NCBI GenBank assembly: GCA_024679065.1
Contig: JAGIQG010000017.1
Span: 34,410,001-34,474,000 of the forward strand
Source: Sphyrna mokarran
Taxonomy: Eukaryota
Reading direction: 5' to 3'
Length of the DNA stretch: 64,000 bases
Positions within the stretch are counted from its first letter, which is position 1. Each line of letters opens with the position of its first letter. The notes under the pieces were generated by a model. The model was not told the DNA's origin. It did no database searches and worked only from the letters and a program-made list of their open reading frames with translations. Made by a program: the position numbers and the translations under genes. Shown piece after piece: positions 25,603-39,824 of this stretch.

Positions 25603-27611
25603 AAAGTGAATAAATCAACACAGGTGCATTTTGTAACTCACTTCAGCACTTGTCCACTCTCCCCTTCCCACCCAATACTATCTGACCCCAGAGGAACAGT
25701 AACAGAGGGTTCTGAGATATCTTTGTATACCTGAGATCTATGAAGCACGTGGCTAGAGTCCAAAGTACACAGGCTGCAAGTCCACAACAGGAACAAAACC
25801 ATGATGACGACACATTATAATCTCTCAAAAAAAAGTTTTCCTACTTTACCAATATTTTACATTAAGCTGGCTATACTTGATTTGACACAAAAATGTTCTT
25901 TTTTATAACTTATATATTCCTTTTCGGAATGCTTTTCTTACAGAACAAGTATAATGTATAGCCATAAATTTTGATAAGCTTTTGTATTGAATAAATGATA
26001 TCTGGTCACGTTCCTGGATAAATAATACATTTCTCATGATGAGTATGGTATTACTGTAGAAGTGAAGTAGGACATGCAGTATATATAGCTTAGTGTTTCT
26101 AAATTTTTTTCACTACCAAGCCAGTAATTTTGTGGTGACAAATTATCCTACGTACTTTCAGGACCATTGCAAAGCAAGCAAAAATAAAAATTCTTCCCTG
26201 CAACATGTTCAAATTATGTTTAAATATTCAGGCACAACCACATCACTGAACCTAAAAGTAGTATTTAAATGTTTCTTATTTGAATAAATTTGATTGCATT
26301 GAAACAAGTATGTCAATGAACAAGGATATAATGATGTGCTGTCTTTGTGATTATTTTGACTGCATCAACTTTGAGAAAAAGAAGTGCATACTTTTCTGAA
26401 TTGTTATTTTGAAGATTAAATGCTGTTGCATATTTTTGTTTCCGTCAGAGTCTGCTAAGTGTTTGGCCAGAATAGCCCCTGGTCTGTATGAAACTGTAGA
26501 GGTGGCAGTAAAATACGTAGGTTGAGGCCAAGTAGTGGAGAAATTGCAGGTACTGATGTGTCTTTAAGTGACTGAGGGCAGTAGTCCAAAGTTTTCTGGA
26601 CCAAGTGGCACCAGCTGCAGACAGATGGAGCGTGTCTGGGCTCCATCACCCTCAGGTCTGCACCAGACAAGAATCTATATATTAGGGTGGGAAAATGGAT
26701 AAGAAAGTTAGAAATGGGCACTGTGCTGTAAGGTGAAAATTGAAATGCTTGTGGCATGCTGACATTTGAAATGATTTATGGGTGGCTATTGTTAATTGTA
26801 CTTTAAAGTTTACACGCGTTGCAATATAATTTAAAAAGATGTAGAGAAAAAATCAAACGTAAACAATAATTAAGATCAATCACATACAGTTGCATAAAAA
26901 AGATCTCAGCCAAAGTATGTACAAAGTGTTCTGTTTTCTTTCTTTTTTAAAAAAGCATTCACTTTCCTATCATTGTTGATTTCACTTGTGTTTATTCAGA
27001 TACCTGAATTTAAAAAAAACCTAGAACCACTTTTTTTTCCTCCTGTATTTTTGTTACTTATAATTGTATAAAAAGTCATTGTTAAACCTGGATTTTAAAT
27101 GTTATTTCAGAAATTATTAATCATACAGCATTTGTTTCAAATTTACATTTTCTAAATGTCTACTTCCAATGCTCTGTCTTGCTGTGTCTCACTTGCTGCT
27201 ATTTTCACAGTCCCTAACAGGTACTTTACAAAAGTAAGATTGAGAATTATATTGCATTCACTTGAAACTCTTATTAATTGTTCTTCTGTTGTACTGCAGT
27301 TGTTATAGTGAATTGTGCTCTTATTACAAGTAAGTACCAGTGACAGAATCTTGAAGTCCCAGTAAGAAGTATTCTTATTATGAATTCACTAATAAAATCA
27401 ACTTGAACAAGATTTTCTATGACCTATTTCCGCATTCTGATGTTTATTCACATGTATTAAATAAAATTTTTAAGATATACACCAAAAACCCCTCATCTCA
27501 TCAGTGGCTGTGACTCTCCGTTGCTGCTGCAATGAATGGAGTTTTGACTGCACACCAAATTCTCCATTCTCATCGGCAACAGGCAGGCACGTACAAGATT
27601 GGGGAATCCTG

Positions 27612-28165
27612 CCCATAGAAGCAGAAGTATGGCTCCTTTAGGCTGGTCCATCATTCAGTAAGATTGTGACTGCCCTGATTTTGACTTCTATCCCCATTTC
27701 CTGCCTGTTCTACATAAAATTTGGCTGGGTATTCCAATCCCACCAGTAGTCACGGGCAGGATGGGAAAATTTAGAGAATGGCTACGAATCTGTCTGTCTC
27801 AGTCTTGTACGTATACAATTACTCAGCTTCCAAATGTCCAAAGATTCACAACCTTCTGAGAGAAGAAACTCATCACCATGCCTGCTTAAATGGTGACTGT
27901 TTAACTGGAAACTATGACCATTGTTCCCCCGTAAGGAGAAACATCCTGTTAGCACATGTCAACTCACCACTAAATCTTATCTACTTCAGTAAGACCACTT
28001 CTAAATGCCCATGAGTATATAACCAACTTGTTCTGTTCAAACTCTCCTCATAAGAGAAAACCTACATCCCTGGAATCAACCTAGTGAACTTTCTCTGAAC
28101 TGCTTCTAATGTAAGTGTATCCTTCCTTAAATAAGGAGACCAAAACTATACGCGGTTATCTAGGA
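27612..28165 (-). mobile_element. CR1 LINE 3' fragment (interrupted by a MITE fragment)
   Basis: Reversed CR1 tail plus ccaaagattcacaacc..gagagaagaaa and ccttaaataaggagaccaaaact (WSPYLRK on -). Confidence 0.7.
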
Positions 28166-29252
28166 AACTTTTTGCAGGAAAACCTTTACAATGTACTCAT
28201 GCCAACACTAAATTATGAGCTTCCCACATTGACTTAAAAAATAATGCGCTGCCTATTTACTTAATATCCTCCATTTACTACCTGTGTGATTAGTGGTGTG
28301 TCTTCTGACTAGGAAAGTAATATCTAACTGCAGTGAATCGAATATCAAAATCTAACTGCAGGTGATTATCACTTAATGACCTAAAAATGACATATTTATT
28401 TGGTTCTGAAGGTTCTGTTAGTCAAACAAACCATGATCCTAAATCACAAACAGTTGGGTGTTTCATGCATGTAAAGTAACTCCTATAAGTTCATGTTTAT
28501 ATATAATCAAGATGCATACATCTACTCTGAGAGGTAGTTTCGAATACATTTGATTTTGGAAACAAAATGGGATAAATCTCCTTTGACCTATTAGTGCCTT
28601 TCGCATAAAGATAGCAATGTAATTATCTTTGTGGATGCGAAGAAAACACATCCGAAAGGTATTTATTTTTATTCCAGTCGGATGAACATGAATGATACCA
28701 CAAGGCTGCAGTCACTGCAGAATTTTGTCGGGGTGTGATTATGATCACAGTTGCAGTCTTTGCATTCTTAGTAGAGAATGTTGCAACAATACACTATTCC
28801 AAGTTGGGTGTATGGAAATGTAGCAGACAGTGTGCTTCTCCCACTCATAAACTTTGGCTCCAGGTTGATTGCAAGCTGTTCTTCCTGGTCTTGTGTTCCT
28901 CAATTCATTGAGCTCCATTGGAAATTGCATGAGCTTGTGTGGCTGGCTATCATCCTTTGTAGAGATTGAGATGCCCCAGGACCAAATCACAGCTGCTATG
29001 TTGGAGTCTCAATTGCTTGCTGGCACTCATCTGATATCCTAGCTCACAGTCTAGCCTCAGAATGGGAACTTGCTGATTCTGCACTTTGCCATCATTGGGC
29101 AACCCTGGTGGCTCTTAAAAGGCAAACTCTTGTCGCTGACAAAAACCCAGAGAAACCAGGACAACAGTATTTTCCTGTAGCATCTATCAGACGCTTGCCA
29201 GTTAATGCAATGGAAAAGTGAAACTGTAGAGGAAAACCAAGAATTCCTTGCT

Positions 29253-29533
29253 GGGTTAGCACTGCTGCTTCACAGTGCCAGGAATCCAGGCTCAAATCCC
29301 GGCTTGGGTTACTGTCCATGCAGAGTTTGCACATTCTCGCTGTGTGGGTTTCCTCCGGGTGCTGTGATTTTGTCCCACAGTCTGAAAAATGTGCTGGTTA
29401 GTTGAACTGTCCAAGCTAAATTCTCCCTCAGCATACCTGGACAGGCACTGGAGTAGGGCAACGAGAGAATTTTCCCAGTAACTTCATTGTAGTGTTAATG
29501 TAAGCCTACTTGTGACAAATAAATAAGTAAACT
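29253..29533 (+). mobile_element. V-SINE subfamily B
   Basis: ggttagcactgctgcttcacagtgccagg head, V core, and B tail ttttcccagtaacttcattgtagtgttaatgtaagcctacttgtgac. Confidence 0.85.
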
Positions 29534-30599
29534 GTATAGGCACTCATGCAATATAATGATTTGGGTGAGATATCAAAGTGCTGTGAATACCCATCTGTGC
29601 CAGAGCACAAGTCGGCACTTTAGGAGGGAAATTAGGGAGGGACACATGAAAGTTGGAAATCAAGTTTTTAAAACTGGAAGTTGAATTTTTCAATATAATC
29701 TATATATAAATCTATCTATACACAAGCACTTACTGATAAGGTTCAGTTTTCAAATGTTGCCAAGTGATTCTGTTTGTCTGCGTTGTGTATTCTAAACTCA
29801 AGTCAAGCGTGTTCAGAGGAAAATGTTGCATGCCAGAAAGCAAAAATGATGATAAAATGGATTCAGATTTCTCACCAGACAACTGACTTGCAGTTTAATA
29901 ACCAATAAAGTCGTGTAAAAAATAGCAAACATTACTGTGAAATCAGCAAAAGGTTTTTGAGGCCTCTTAAATGAAAAAAATAACAAATAATTCTAATGCA
30001 AGGCTGCATATTTGCTATAGCCACCTGTTAAACCTCTGAACAGGATTACAAATATAGAGTGAGTCTTTCCCAAAGGACTTGGCATAAAAATTATTTATAG
30101 GATGAAATTTTCCGAGACTCTGCTTTCAGCATCAGGCCTTCCAGGCAACAGATGGGGTTCGGAAAACCAGGCCCATGGCCATGTGTATCCAATTAGCAGC
30201 ACACCCAATTTCCCAACAGATGATTTTGGCTCCAAAAAGGAGATTGCACTACCTGCATGCATCAGACTCATTTACATTAAATATTTGTTCTCATTGTAAC
30301 AATGCTGAAATTCCTGACACTCACAACCCTAATGTGTTAAATAAGGTTTGTACTCAACTAATGTTAAGGTGTGGTGCCTGGGCACAAAAATATCACTGTG
30401 CATGACATGGCCATTATCCAAGTAGCAGTCAAAACACCTTCTTGATTCAGAAGTCGCAATATTGGAAACAGCAGAAACACGGTGGGGTGGGACGAGGATA
30501 GGGATGGTTTTTAGGAGACGAAGGCTAAGCCTAAGAATCTGCTCTTTCCTCCTTCCTCTGAGAAAAGGATGCCATGTAACTTTGACATAGTGAAAAGCT

Positions 30600-30700
30600 G
30601 TGCCTAAGAAAGGTCAGCAACCTGAAAAGTTAACTCTGCTTCTGTCTCTACAGATGCTGTGTGACCTGCTGAGTATTTTCTGCATCTTCTGTTTTTATTC
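30600..30700 (+). mobile_element. Penelope-like terminal fragment (family 2)
   Basis: aaaggtcagcaacctgaaaagttaactctgcttctgtctctacagatgctg..cctgctgagtattt is homologous to the right arm of the 61081-61283 palindrome. Confidence 0.55.
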
Positions 30701-33132
30701 CAAAGTGCAGCAATGGCGTGAAACACTTTGAATCACGTTCCCCCATGTTTCCGGAATTTGTAATTCAAGTTTATGTTGGGATGACTCCAAAAGGATTTGT
30801 GCAGAGGTGATGAACACTTATTATCACCATACTTTCCCCCATATCAGTCTCAGGTGTAACCAGGTGAAAGTGGGTTAGGTAACTAAATTGACTTGGTTGG
30901 CAACCTCCTTTTATGCAATTTGCAACTGGAGTTGGAGCTATCACCAAATAAGCTCACTTACTGCAGAGAGATTTTTTAGATTCTGAGCATTAAAGGGAGC
31001 ACTGTTGCCCACCTGACTGTACCTTGAGGTTATGAATGCTTTCTTCACTTGCCGAGCACTGCTGTGGCTTCCCTTTTTCATGGTTCGTGAAACTCTTTAA
31101 AAGCTGTTGAGTTGCCAGATTTTCTGATCTCCGGCTCTCCATGCATGTTTCCCATTTGCCTCCAGCCTATTCAAGGTAGGGAGAGAGGATCCAATTGGTA
31201 ATTTGGGTCCTACCTATCTTCTGTACTGCCAGTTCACAATGGGCAACAAAACATTCCTATTCCTATTGGTAGAAATCGGGGCTAAAGTTAGACTCTTCAG
31301 TCAGTTGTGGCCAAAGTAGATAGCTGACCTGATTTTTGAACATTGGCTTATGTTGTTTTCAATTAGGAAACATGTATTTTACATATGTTACTAACTCGAA
31401 CCCAGCAGAACTAGAGCAGTGAAAGGACTCTCCCTTTAAAGTTTTTGCTGTTAGAGCAGGTAGACTTAGACCAGAAAAACTTTCCTGCAAAATTCTAATA
31501 TCCAGATACAAATGACTGCAAACAACTTCAGTTCTGTAAATTGGCATATGAATTTAGTTGAAAAACAAACCTAAAATCTATGATTGCTTCTTAGCACATT
31601 AAACAGTACTTAGTTTTAAATGTGGATTTGTGCAGCTGTCTGTTAGACTAATAATGTTATACTGAATATGGCAGTGTTGAAACCATCTTAAGCTCTTCTA
31701 CAGCTATGCCTTAATGCATTTCTGCAATTGTTAATAGCCTGCCCTAGAGAACATGTATTAAGGTAAAAATATTAGAAGCTTCTAATTCAAAATAAATCTA
31801 CTTAGATGACCTTTTTTCAGATATAATGCAGTTTATATTTTAAAAGCAGATGCATTGAACTGTAGTATTATTTTTCTTTAAATTATATTTAAGAATAGTC
31901 AAGATAAAATGAAACTTGCTGGCAGGGCCTTTGTAGGCTGATTTCAGTGCCTGGTTTTAACCATGGTGGATTATTAGAAACTCATTTGAAAATGACTTTT
32001 AATGTTAAATATAATACACATAAGTTAATGTCGCACTCATTTAAGCAGGATGATGATATAAGCATTCAGCTGATGTGCCAACAGTTGCCTTCCAGGCAAG
32101 AATGGAAGAAGATATAATAACCGTTCAGCACTTACTATCATTGTATAAAGTGTTTGTACAACAATTGATCACTGAAAGCAATTACCTTGCAATCATTACT
32201 TTTTTTAAAAAAATTGCTTCAATTTATCAACCAATTATTAAACTTTTCAAAATTGTTCACCCTCAATTTGAACTTATAGTTGTCATCATAGTGTAATCCC
32301 TGTATAATATCTTATGGTGGATGAGGATTTTATGTTTGAAATGAAACTGAATGTGCTATAACATCTCCCTGTGATGGTGGATATGAAAACCATTCATAAT
32401 CTACGGTTTTCTTTCACTGTCATACGCTATGTAAACGTTAAGCAAACAGGAAAAAATTTAATGTTTTCAAAAGTCCAATTACTACTGCTGCTATCTCATG
32501 AAACAATATACAATATTTCTATTTTAAAAAAAGTAAAAAAAAACATGAAACTTATTAAATGTTGAAACATCTTTTTATGTGTTCTGCTGCCGTCTGTCAG
32601 GATAACTTTGTTGTCACTTTTAAGCTGAAAACATTTATTAGTTCATTGGTTTCTACCTACTGAGGATTGTGTTTCTATGGCACAAACCTGTCTTCTAATC
32701 CTGTTCACATTAATTGTGTACTTAATCTTGTTCAATTAAGCATGTTCTTTTTTTAATTGAATTTAATATAATGTATTATAGTCACACCAGCTATGGAGTT
32801 AGTATGCATTGTTTTTCAAAAGCTGCTTCATTTCATCTCTGTGAGGTCAAACATCTAATTGTCTGTTTCTCAATTACAAATTCTTTCAACATTTCACTTT
32901 GTTAATAGATATATTTTATTTATTCAGCAATCATAGTACAGATTCTTCAATTTGAAAGAGGTCCAGCTTCAAACAGGTAGACAATATAAGTGTTTTTATT
33001 AAATTTACAGATTAGACAACCGTGTTTTTGTATGTGCAACAGATACATTTCGCACATAGTTTGCTTGGAGACAGACAAATCTTATAAAAGCCAGAGATAC
33101 TGCTGTGGCAGTACTTAAGTGGCTAATCCACA

Positions 33133-33145
33133 TGACCTCTGACCT
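33133..33145 (-). promoter_or_regulatory. Perfect nuclear-receptor DR1 motif (AGGTCA-G-AGGTCA) in a TE-free block
   Basis: tgacctctgacct at 33133-33145, next to TAATCC (33124-33129) and GTCATGTGAC (33153-33162). Function is inferred only. Confidence 0.35.
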
Positions 33146-34514
33146 TCACAGTGTCATGTGACTATAGATTTTCAATACTCCTAGGATCTGTGTCACTCAT
33201 GACATATTTTGCGCCACATTTAGAACTTCTATCGGAAGAATCTCTAAATACTTGTGCATTAAGACGATAAATATCAGAAAAATACGAGACTGGGGTTATG
33301 TATTCATTCTTTGGCTGGTGGATATTCTCTGATGAGAAAGGAATTGGCAAAATGTAGTAACTAGCATAAATTTAAAGAGGTGCTCTACTATATATAATCA
33401 ATGGCATGATAAAAGAAGTGTATGTAATGCATATTTATCGGTCCTTTCTTTAGATGATAATATAGTTCATTTCAAAGATATGTCGTCACTTGCACTTGGC
33501 AGACTTAGTCTATAAATTTAAACACAAAAATAAAATCTCCCTGCACATCTTAAAATAACTATCCCAATTTTTTTGATGAATGTTTCATTAAAACAAGAGT
33601 TGAACTGCATAATTCAATATTCACGATCCTCAAATGAAAAGGCCCATATAAAAGAGAGAGGCTAGGCAGTGATCAGCTTCTTCTGTAATGCCAAAGATAA
33701 TCCATTTCCAGTTTAGCACCAGCATAAATTAACACTATTAACAGACTAACTATTTCTCCTCTCTCTCATGTCCCCATTATAGACAAGTATCAACAGGCTT
33801 AGAGGAAGAAGGAAAGCCAGTCTTGAAAAGAGATTTGCAAACCTAGGCAGAGTTAAGATCACTCATGCCATGGTCTTTATTCTAATAAATTTAATTAATG
33901 TTGAATTAACCAGCTTGAGTATTAATACACATTATACTGTGGCTCAACTGTACACACAGGATTGGTGTGAGTTTAAGTGTTATTTCCTGACATTTTGTGT
34001 AGGTTTACAATTCGAATGTCACTCTTCTGAATGCTCTAAAGTGCTCCACTAAATTCTGTGATGTGATTCTGCTCAGTAATTTGTCATATTGTGAGCTCAT
34101 AATTGACCCATAGCCGTTTCATAGGATGCCTTTCATTAAGGGTTGTAAATGTTATACTATGGAGCTTAAACTTTATATTAGTATGGTCAGCTATTAATTT
34201 GTGATCAGATGTTTCCCCTCAGAAATGCAGAATATAACCTTAAGTATGTATAGCTTGAATGGACCTCTTCCTGGAAGAGTTTTGCCCATTAAATAAATTC
34301 TGTTGCATTGCCTTATAGGAAGACAATGAAGGACAATTGCAACTAGTGAATTTAAACTCTATCTACATCCCACAACTGGACAGATTGTGAACAGAGACAC
34401 GACACAAAGTCAAATTGAACAGTACATCTGCCAAAGGTTATGGGTGAAAAGAAGTATTATGTATTTATTGTGCTGTACTACTACTGTAATGACCTCTTAA
34501 TATATCCACCACAC

Positions 34515-34645
34515 TGGAGGACTGAGTGAATAGCAGATTGCTTCTTTATCTTTGACATCTGATTTGAACATAAGCCAGACTGAACAAATAAAAATGTCTT
34601 CGCCATCCACTAGCTGCAAGGATCCTGTGCAAAATGACTTCAAAT
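34515..34645 (+). mobile_element. Possible ancient LF-SINE-like fragment
   Basis: Weak resemblance (atctgatttgaacataagccagactga...ctagctgcaaggatcctgtgcaaaatga) to LF-SINE-type heads. Very degenerate. Confidence 0.25.
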
Positions 34646-36540
34646 TACAGAATGGTTACAGCACAGAAGGAGGCCATTAAGCCCATTGTACCTATGCCAA
34701 CTCTTTGCAAGGGCAAACCAGCTACCCCCACCACTCTGTTTTTTACTGTAGTCTCTTCAGATAAATATCCAATTTGAAAGCCACAATTGTCTGGCCATCA
34801 TACTTTCAAGCATTGCATTTGAAATCCAAACCATGTGCTGCTAAAAAAATGTTCTTTCTCATATTGGTTTTTGTTCTTTTGCCATTTACCTTGAATTCAT
34901 TTCTTCTGATTCTCAATCTTCCATTAAAGAGAACAGTTCTCTTACTTGGAAAAAGTGTTCTCTTTAATCTGTCTCCATAATTGAAGTTCCTCATCCTGGG
35001 AACAATATCTGTAACTCTTTTCTGCACTCTTTATAAATCCTTCATGTCCTTCCTAAAGCAGTGTCCAGAATTGGCACCATATTTCAGCTGAGCTCACACC
35101 AGTATTTTGTGAAAGTTCACCATAACTTCTTTGTTTCTGTTTTTGTACTTTCTGCCTCCAGTTATAAAGCCTAGGATCCCATTTCTCTTATCAATTTCTT
35201 TCTTAATTTATCTTGCCACCTTCAATGATTTTCACACCTATAACCCCCATATCCTTCTACACACCTTCAGATTTGTATCCTTTATTTTGTATTGCCTCTC
35301 CTCACTCCAAAATGTATCACTTCACATTGCTTTGCATTAAACTTAATCTGCCACGTCTGCCCATTTTACCAGCCTATCCATATCTCTTGTCTATCATCAC
35401 AGACAGTTGCACAGTTTACAATACTTCCAAGTTTTGTATTATTTGCAAATTTTCACACTGTGCCATGTACACTTGTGCCTTGGTCCCTAAATTGGATCAA
35501 GAACAGCAGTGACCCAAATTCTAAAACTCCAAACCAGCCACCACCACCCCCCCCAAACAAACCCCACTATACATCTCCAGTCCAAAAAGCAACAGCATAC
35601 CTCTACTATTCTCATTTTTTTGCCAGACAGCCAAATCATATCCATGCTGTCCCTGTCCTTTTATTTCATTGATTATAATTTTGTTAACAATTCTGTTATG
35701 ACCATTTGGAAGTCTAGGCACATCACATCAATCACATTAGACTCATCAACTCTATCTGTTACCTCAGTGAAAAATTGATTTAGTTAAACAAAATTTGTTT
35801 TTAATACATTCTTGTTGTATTTCCTTAATTAATCCTAAAATGTCCAAACAACTGCTAATTTTGTCCTTGGTTATAATTTCTAAAAGTTTCCCCACTATCA
35901 AAAGTTTCTGAACTTATCCTTAAAATATCTTTTGAACAAGGCTGTAACAGGGGTACCACCCTTCCATCGAAGAAGGATTTAAAGATTATGGCCAGTGCCT
36001 CTACATTTTCTACCCTTGCTTCCCTTAGTGTCTTTGGGTACATATGATCTGCTTTGGAGATTTGTCAATTTTAAATATAGCCAGCCGTTGTAATACCTCC
36101 TCTTTGTCCGTTTTTAGCCCATTCAGTATTTCAATTATCTCATCTTTCGCCATAACTTGGACAGCATCTTTTATCTTGATAAAGAAAGATTCAGTGGGGG
36201 AATTCTCCTGTCCTGCTGCCATGGGAATCGTAGCGAGTGGTGGCGATGGGGAGGTGGGATGACCTTGAAGAAGATTCTCTAATTTTGGAGCAAGCACAGT
36301 CAGTGAATCCCATCCAAAGTATCCATTTACTACCTCAGTTATTTCAGTGTTTAAATCCACCTTGGATCCTCAATTGGCCATACTCCTCCTTTTACCATAC
36401 TTTTACTATTTATAGAAAGCTGTTGGATTCCCTTTTCTGTTAGCTGCAGTCTTTTCTTATATTCATTATCTTTTTAATTTCACTTCTATACTCACTATGT
36501 TCGACATGTTCCCAACTTTGTTACCAATTTGACATCCGTT
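34646..36540 (-). mobile_element. CR1 LINE fragment
   Basis: Reversed tail tacagcacagaaggaggccatt. ORF2 remnants QKRVTDIVPRMRNFNYGDRL, MYPKTLREARVENVEALAIIF and EEVLQRLAIFKIDKSP. Small MITE fragment near 36195-36270. Confidence 0.85.
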
Positions 36541-36571
36541 GGAGCTTGTATTAGATCATAGATAAGCCAAT

Positions 36572-36834
36572 ACGGTGGCACGGTAGTTAACACTGTGGAG
36601 TTTGCACATTCCTCCCGTGTCTGCATAGAATTCCTCTGAGTGCTCTGGTTTCCTCCCACAATCCAAAGATGTAGAGCTTTGTGGGGCTGATTGGCCATGC
36701 TGAATTGACGGTATTGTCAGATGATTAGAAAGATAAATATGTGGGGTTATTGGAGTAGGGCCTGGGTGGGATTGTGGTTGGTGCAGACTCGATGGGCTAA
36801 GTGGCCTCCTTCTGTACTGTATGGATTCTGTGGA
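36572..36834 (+). mobile_element. HE1-type V-SINE (subfamily A), internal deletion in head
   Basis: ggtggcacggtagttaacactg is joined directly to the core tggagtttgcacatt. CR1-like tail cagactcgatggg..ggcctccttctgtactg. Confidence 0.85.
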
Positions 36835-37055
36835 TAGACTTTGCGATAGCCATTGCCATTGTCCATTGCATAATGATTCATGGAATTTGGTACAAAGTGA
36901 CAGTTTGAGAGACCCTATTAATGCTTTGTATATGGAAGACACATGATATAATAATACTTCGGCCCTCCCAATGTTGCAACAAATTGAAGAATACTCTTCT
37001 ACTTCAGAAAAGAGTAATTTATATTTTGACCATTTTGTTCATGGCTGTTGTTCAT

Positions 37056-37398
37056 GGCATGGTAGCACAGCGACTAGGGCAGTTGCTTCACTGCTCCAGT
37101 GATCTGGATTCGATTCCCTGCTTGGGTCACTGTCTGTGTGTAGTTTGCACATTCTCTTCATGTTGCGTGAGTTTCCTCTGGGTGCTCCCATTTCCTCCCA
37201 CAGTCCAAAGATGTGCGGGTTAGGTTGATTGGCCATGCTAAATTGCTCCTTTATGTCCTGAGATGCCTAGGTTAGAGGGCTTAGTGGGTAAATGTATAGG
37301 GATGGTGGGAGATAGGGCCTGAGCGGGATTGTGGTTGGTGCAGACTCGATGGGCCGAATAGTCTCTTTCTGCATTGTAGGGTTTTTATGATTTTATCA
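37056..37398 (+). mobile_element. HE1-type V-SINE (subfamily A)
   Basis: Complete head, core and tail (cagactcgatgggccgaat...tatgat). Confidence 0.9.
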
Positions 37399-37804
37399 CT
37401 TTACCATTAAATCGAGCATTTTGATTTCTCCTGGCTGGAATTATGCTTCAAAAATTCAGCGATTTTTCCATTGCAGAAACCAGTCAATGGATACAAGTAC
37501 AGAAGCAAAAGACAGTAAAGTTCATGTTATCCAGCAGTTGACGAAATGGAATTTTTTATTAACTGAAATTCTGGTGTTGGGTCACTTTCTTTGAATGGAA
37601 ATGTAAAACTCAACCTGCACTCCAGTTGCTCAACAGGTGGGCAGCATTTGTGAAGAGAGAAATTAATAGTTAATTTTTCAGATTGACTTTTCATCAAAAC
37701 ACTATTAGTCATTTCCATTCTTCGCAAGTAGCTGGTAAGCTAGTTTCATTGAGTCGCCACAATGAATGGATGAGCCTATTTTACCAACCTTTCCGTCCTT
37801 GTTT

Positions 37805-38085
37805 AAGTTTATTTATTGTAATATCATGAATAGGCTTATATTAACACTACAATGAAGTTACTGTGAAAATCCCCTGGTCCCCAAATTCTGGCACCTGTCC
37901 GGGTATGCTGAGGGAGAATTTAACATGGCCAAGCATCTTTGGACTGTGGGAGGAAACCAGAGCACTCGGAGGAAATCCATGCAGGCACGTGGAGAACGTG
38001 CAAGCTCCATACGACAGTGATCCAAGCTGGGAATCGAGCCCAGATCCCTGTCATTTTGAGGCAGCAGCATTAACCATTATGCCAT
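37805..38085 (-). mobile_element. V-SINE subfamily B
   Basis: Reversed B tail (taggcttatattaacactacaatgaagttactgtgaaaatccc) plus core and head. Confidence 0.85.
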
Positions 38086-39824
38086 TGGCTTATTTATGAT
38101 CTAATATGAGCTTGCAGTGTTTTACTGAGTGTTTCCAAATGATCATCAGCACCTCATAGTTCTCATTCCTTATCTCTTTCAGCACCATAGCATGAATGCC
38201 GACCAGTCCTGAAGATTTATTTGTTTTGGATGAATAGTGAGGTATGATATCATCATTGATTAGTCGTTAAACATGTATGACTTTGTGTTTTCATGTCATT
38301 GCACAATATATCATGCAAATAATCAATGATAACTTAATTTCCAATTGAATGATTTACAGTTTGTTGTTGCCTGCTGAAGTTTGCTACTTGTATTTTACTA
38401 CACTGAATGTTTTAAGTTTAGTTGATGAAACTAAAATGCCAGAGGGTGATCTGATCATATTAACAGTGCATGGGTTTGGATGTATTTAAGTGGATAGAAG
38501 AAAGCATCTGTCATACTCGCATCCCCAAACCCACTCCTCCCCCTTATCAAAAGAGAATTTTAATTTTTTGGCAATATTGTGAAATTGGATCTGCTTCACG
38601 TAATACAAATTTCCAATGGAATTCAATAATACGAAAGATTGCGAAAGTCGTCCTCAGGCGCGCTGATCCAATATGGCTGTTTAACACTGTGCCTGAGCAT
38701 AATATTACTTCAGAGGATACAAGGGGCTAGAAATGAGTCCAGGCGGGGCAAGGATAGCACACAGCAGAACAGAGAGGTCAGAGGCCTTTCTAAAATTAGG
38801 GAAGTGGGGCAGGGGAGGGGAAATGGGAAGGAAGTGATTGGGGGAAGGGGGAGGGGTAGGGGATTGGATGGCAGAAGGGGGAGGGGGATTGTAAGGCAAT
38901 CACCAGGGCTGCAGAATCTGGGCTTGACAGGGGAGCACTCCTGCTTCACCTGACTACACAGAACTGTTTCTTTTCCTGTGCTCTTGGTGAGTGGAAGAGG
39001 ACCAACTGAAGAATCCTGAGTGAATAAGCTCCAGTGACTGCCCTATTCATTGGGCATATTTTATAGACAGGTTCCACAACAGGCTTTAGGCCCATTGTTA
39101 ACATATTTAAGGAAACTATTACTTGTTTTAGGAGATTCCTCATGTCCAATGATGGAATCGCTGCAAAGCATCACATCTTGTGCCACTGCCTAACTCTGTT
39201 TTTTCTACCTATAACATAGGCATCTCAGAGTCTTGGCAGAAGGCCAAACATATGTTACTGTCCTGAGAACAGCAGCTTCTCATGTCCATATTCCTGTCCT
39301 TTCATTAATGCTGAATCTGGCTCTGCGTATAACCACTGATTTGTGGAAAACCAAACAAGTGGCACCAAAGCGCTCACTTAAGTCTTAAGAGATATTTAAT
39401 TGAGCTACTTTTCTGTGTCATTTTCCCAGTCACTTTGAGCTTTTAATGAGATTGTCTTCTTGATAGGACCCCAGAAATCTGTGATATTGGTCTGAAAATC
39501 CATAGCAAAATCCTGTACGTGGGAACTCTGCAAACTGCTCTGTGATATGCCATAGTGGAGCAAAGAAGCCATCCACCGGACTGGTACTGACACAGGTAGT
39601 GAATATGTTCAATAAACTCACCATCTGGTTCAATTGCCGTAGACTGTTCCTGTGTTTGTGTGTAGGTTTGATACTCTGCAAGAAACCTCTTCCAGAAGTA
39701 TGACTCATGTGATCAGTATCATTAGATTCTTCACCCTTGCCTTCCATCTCCATGTAGTTAGCCCAGCTGTGTTCTATGCTTCATGCTGAATACTCAAAAT
39801 TAATTACTTTTTAATGTCTCTGCA

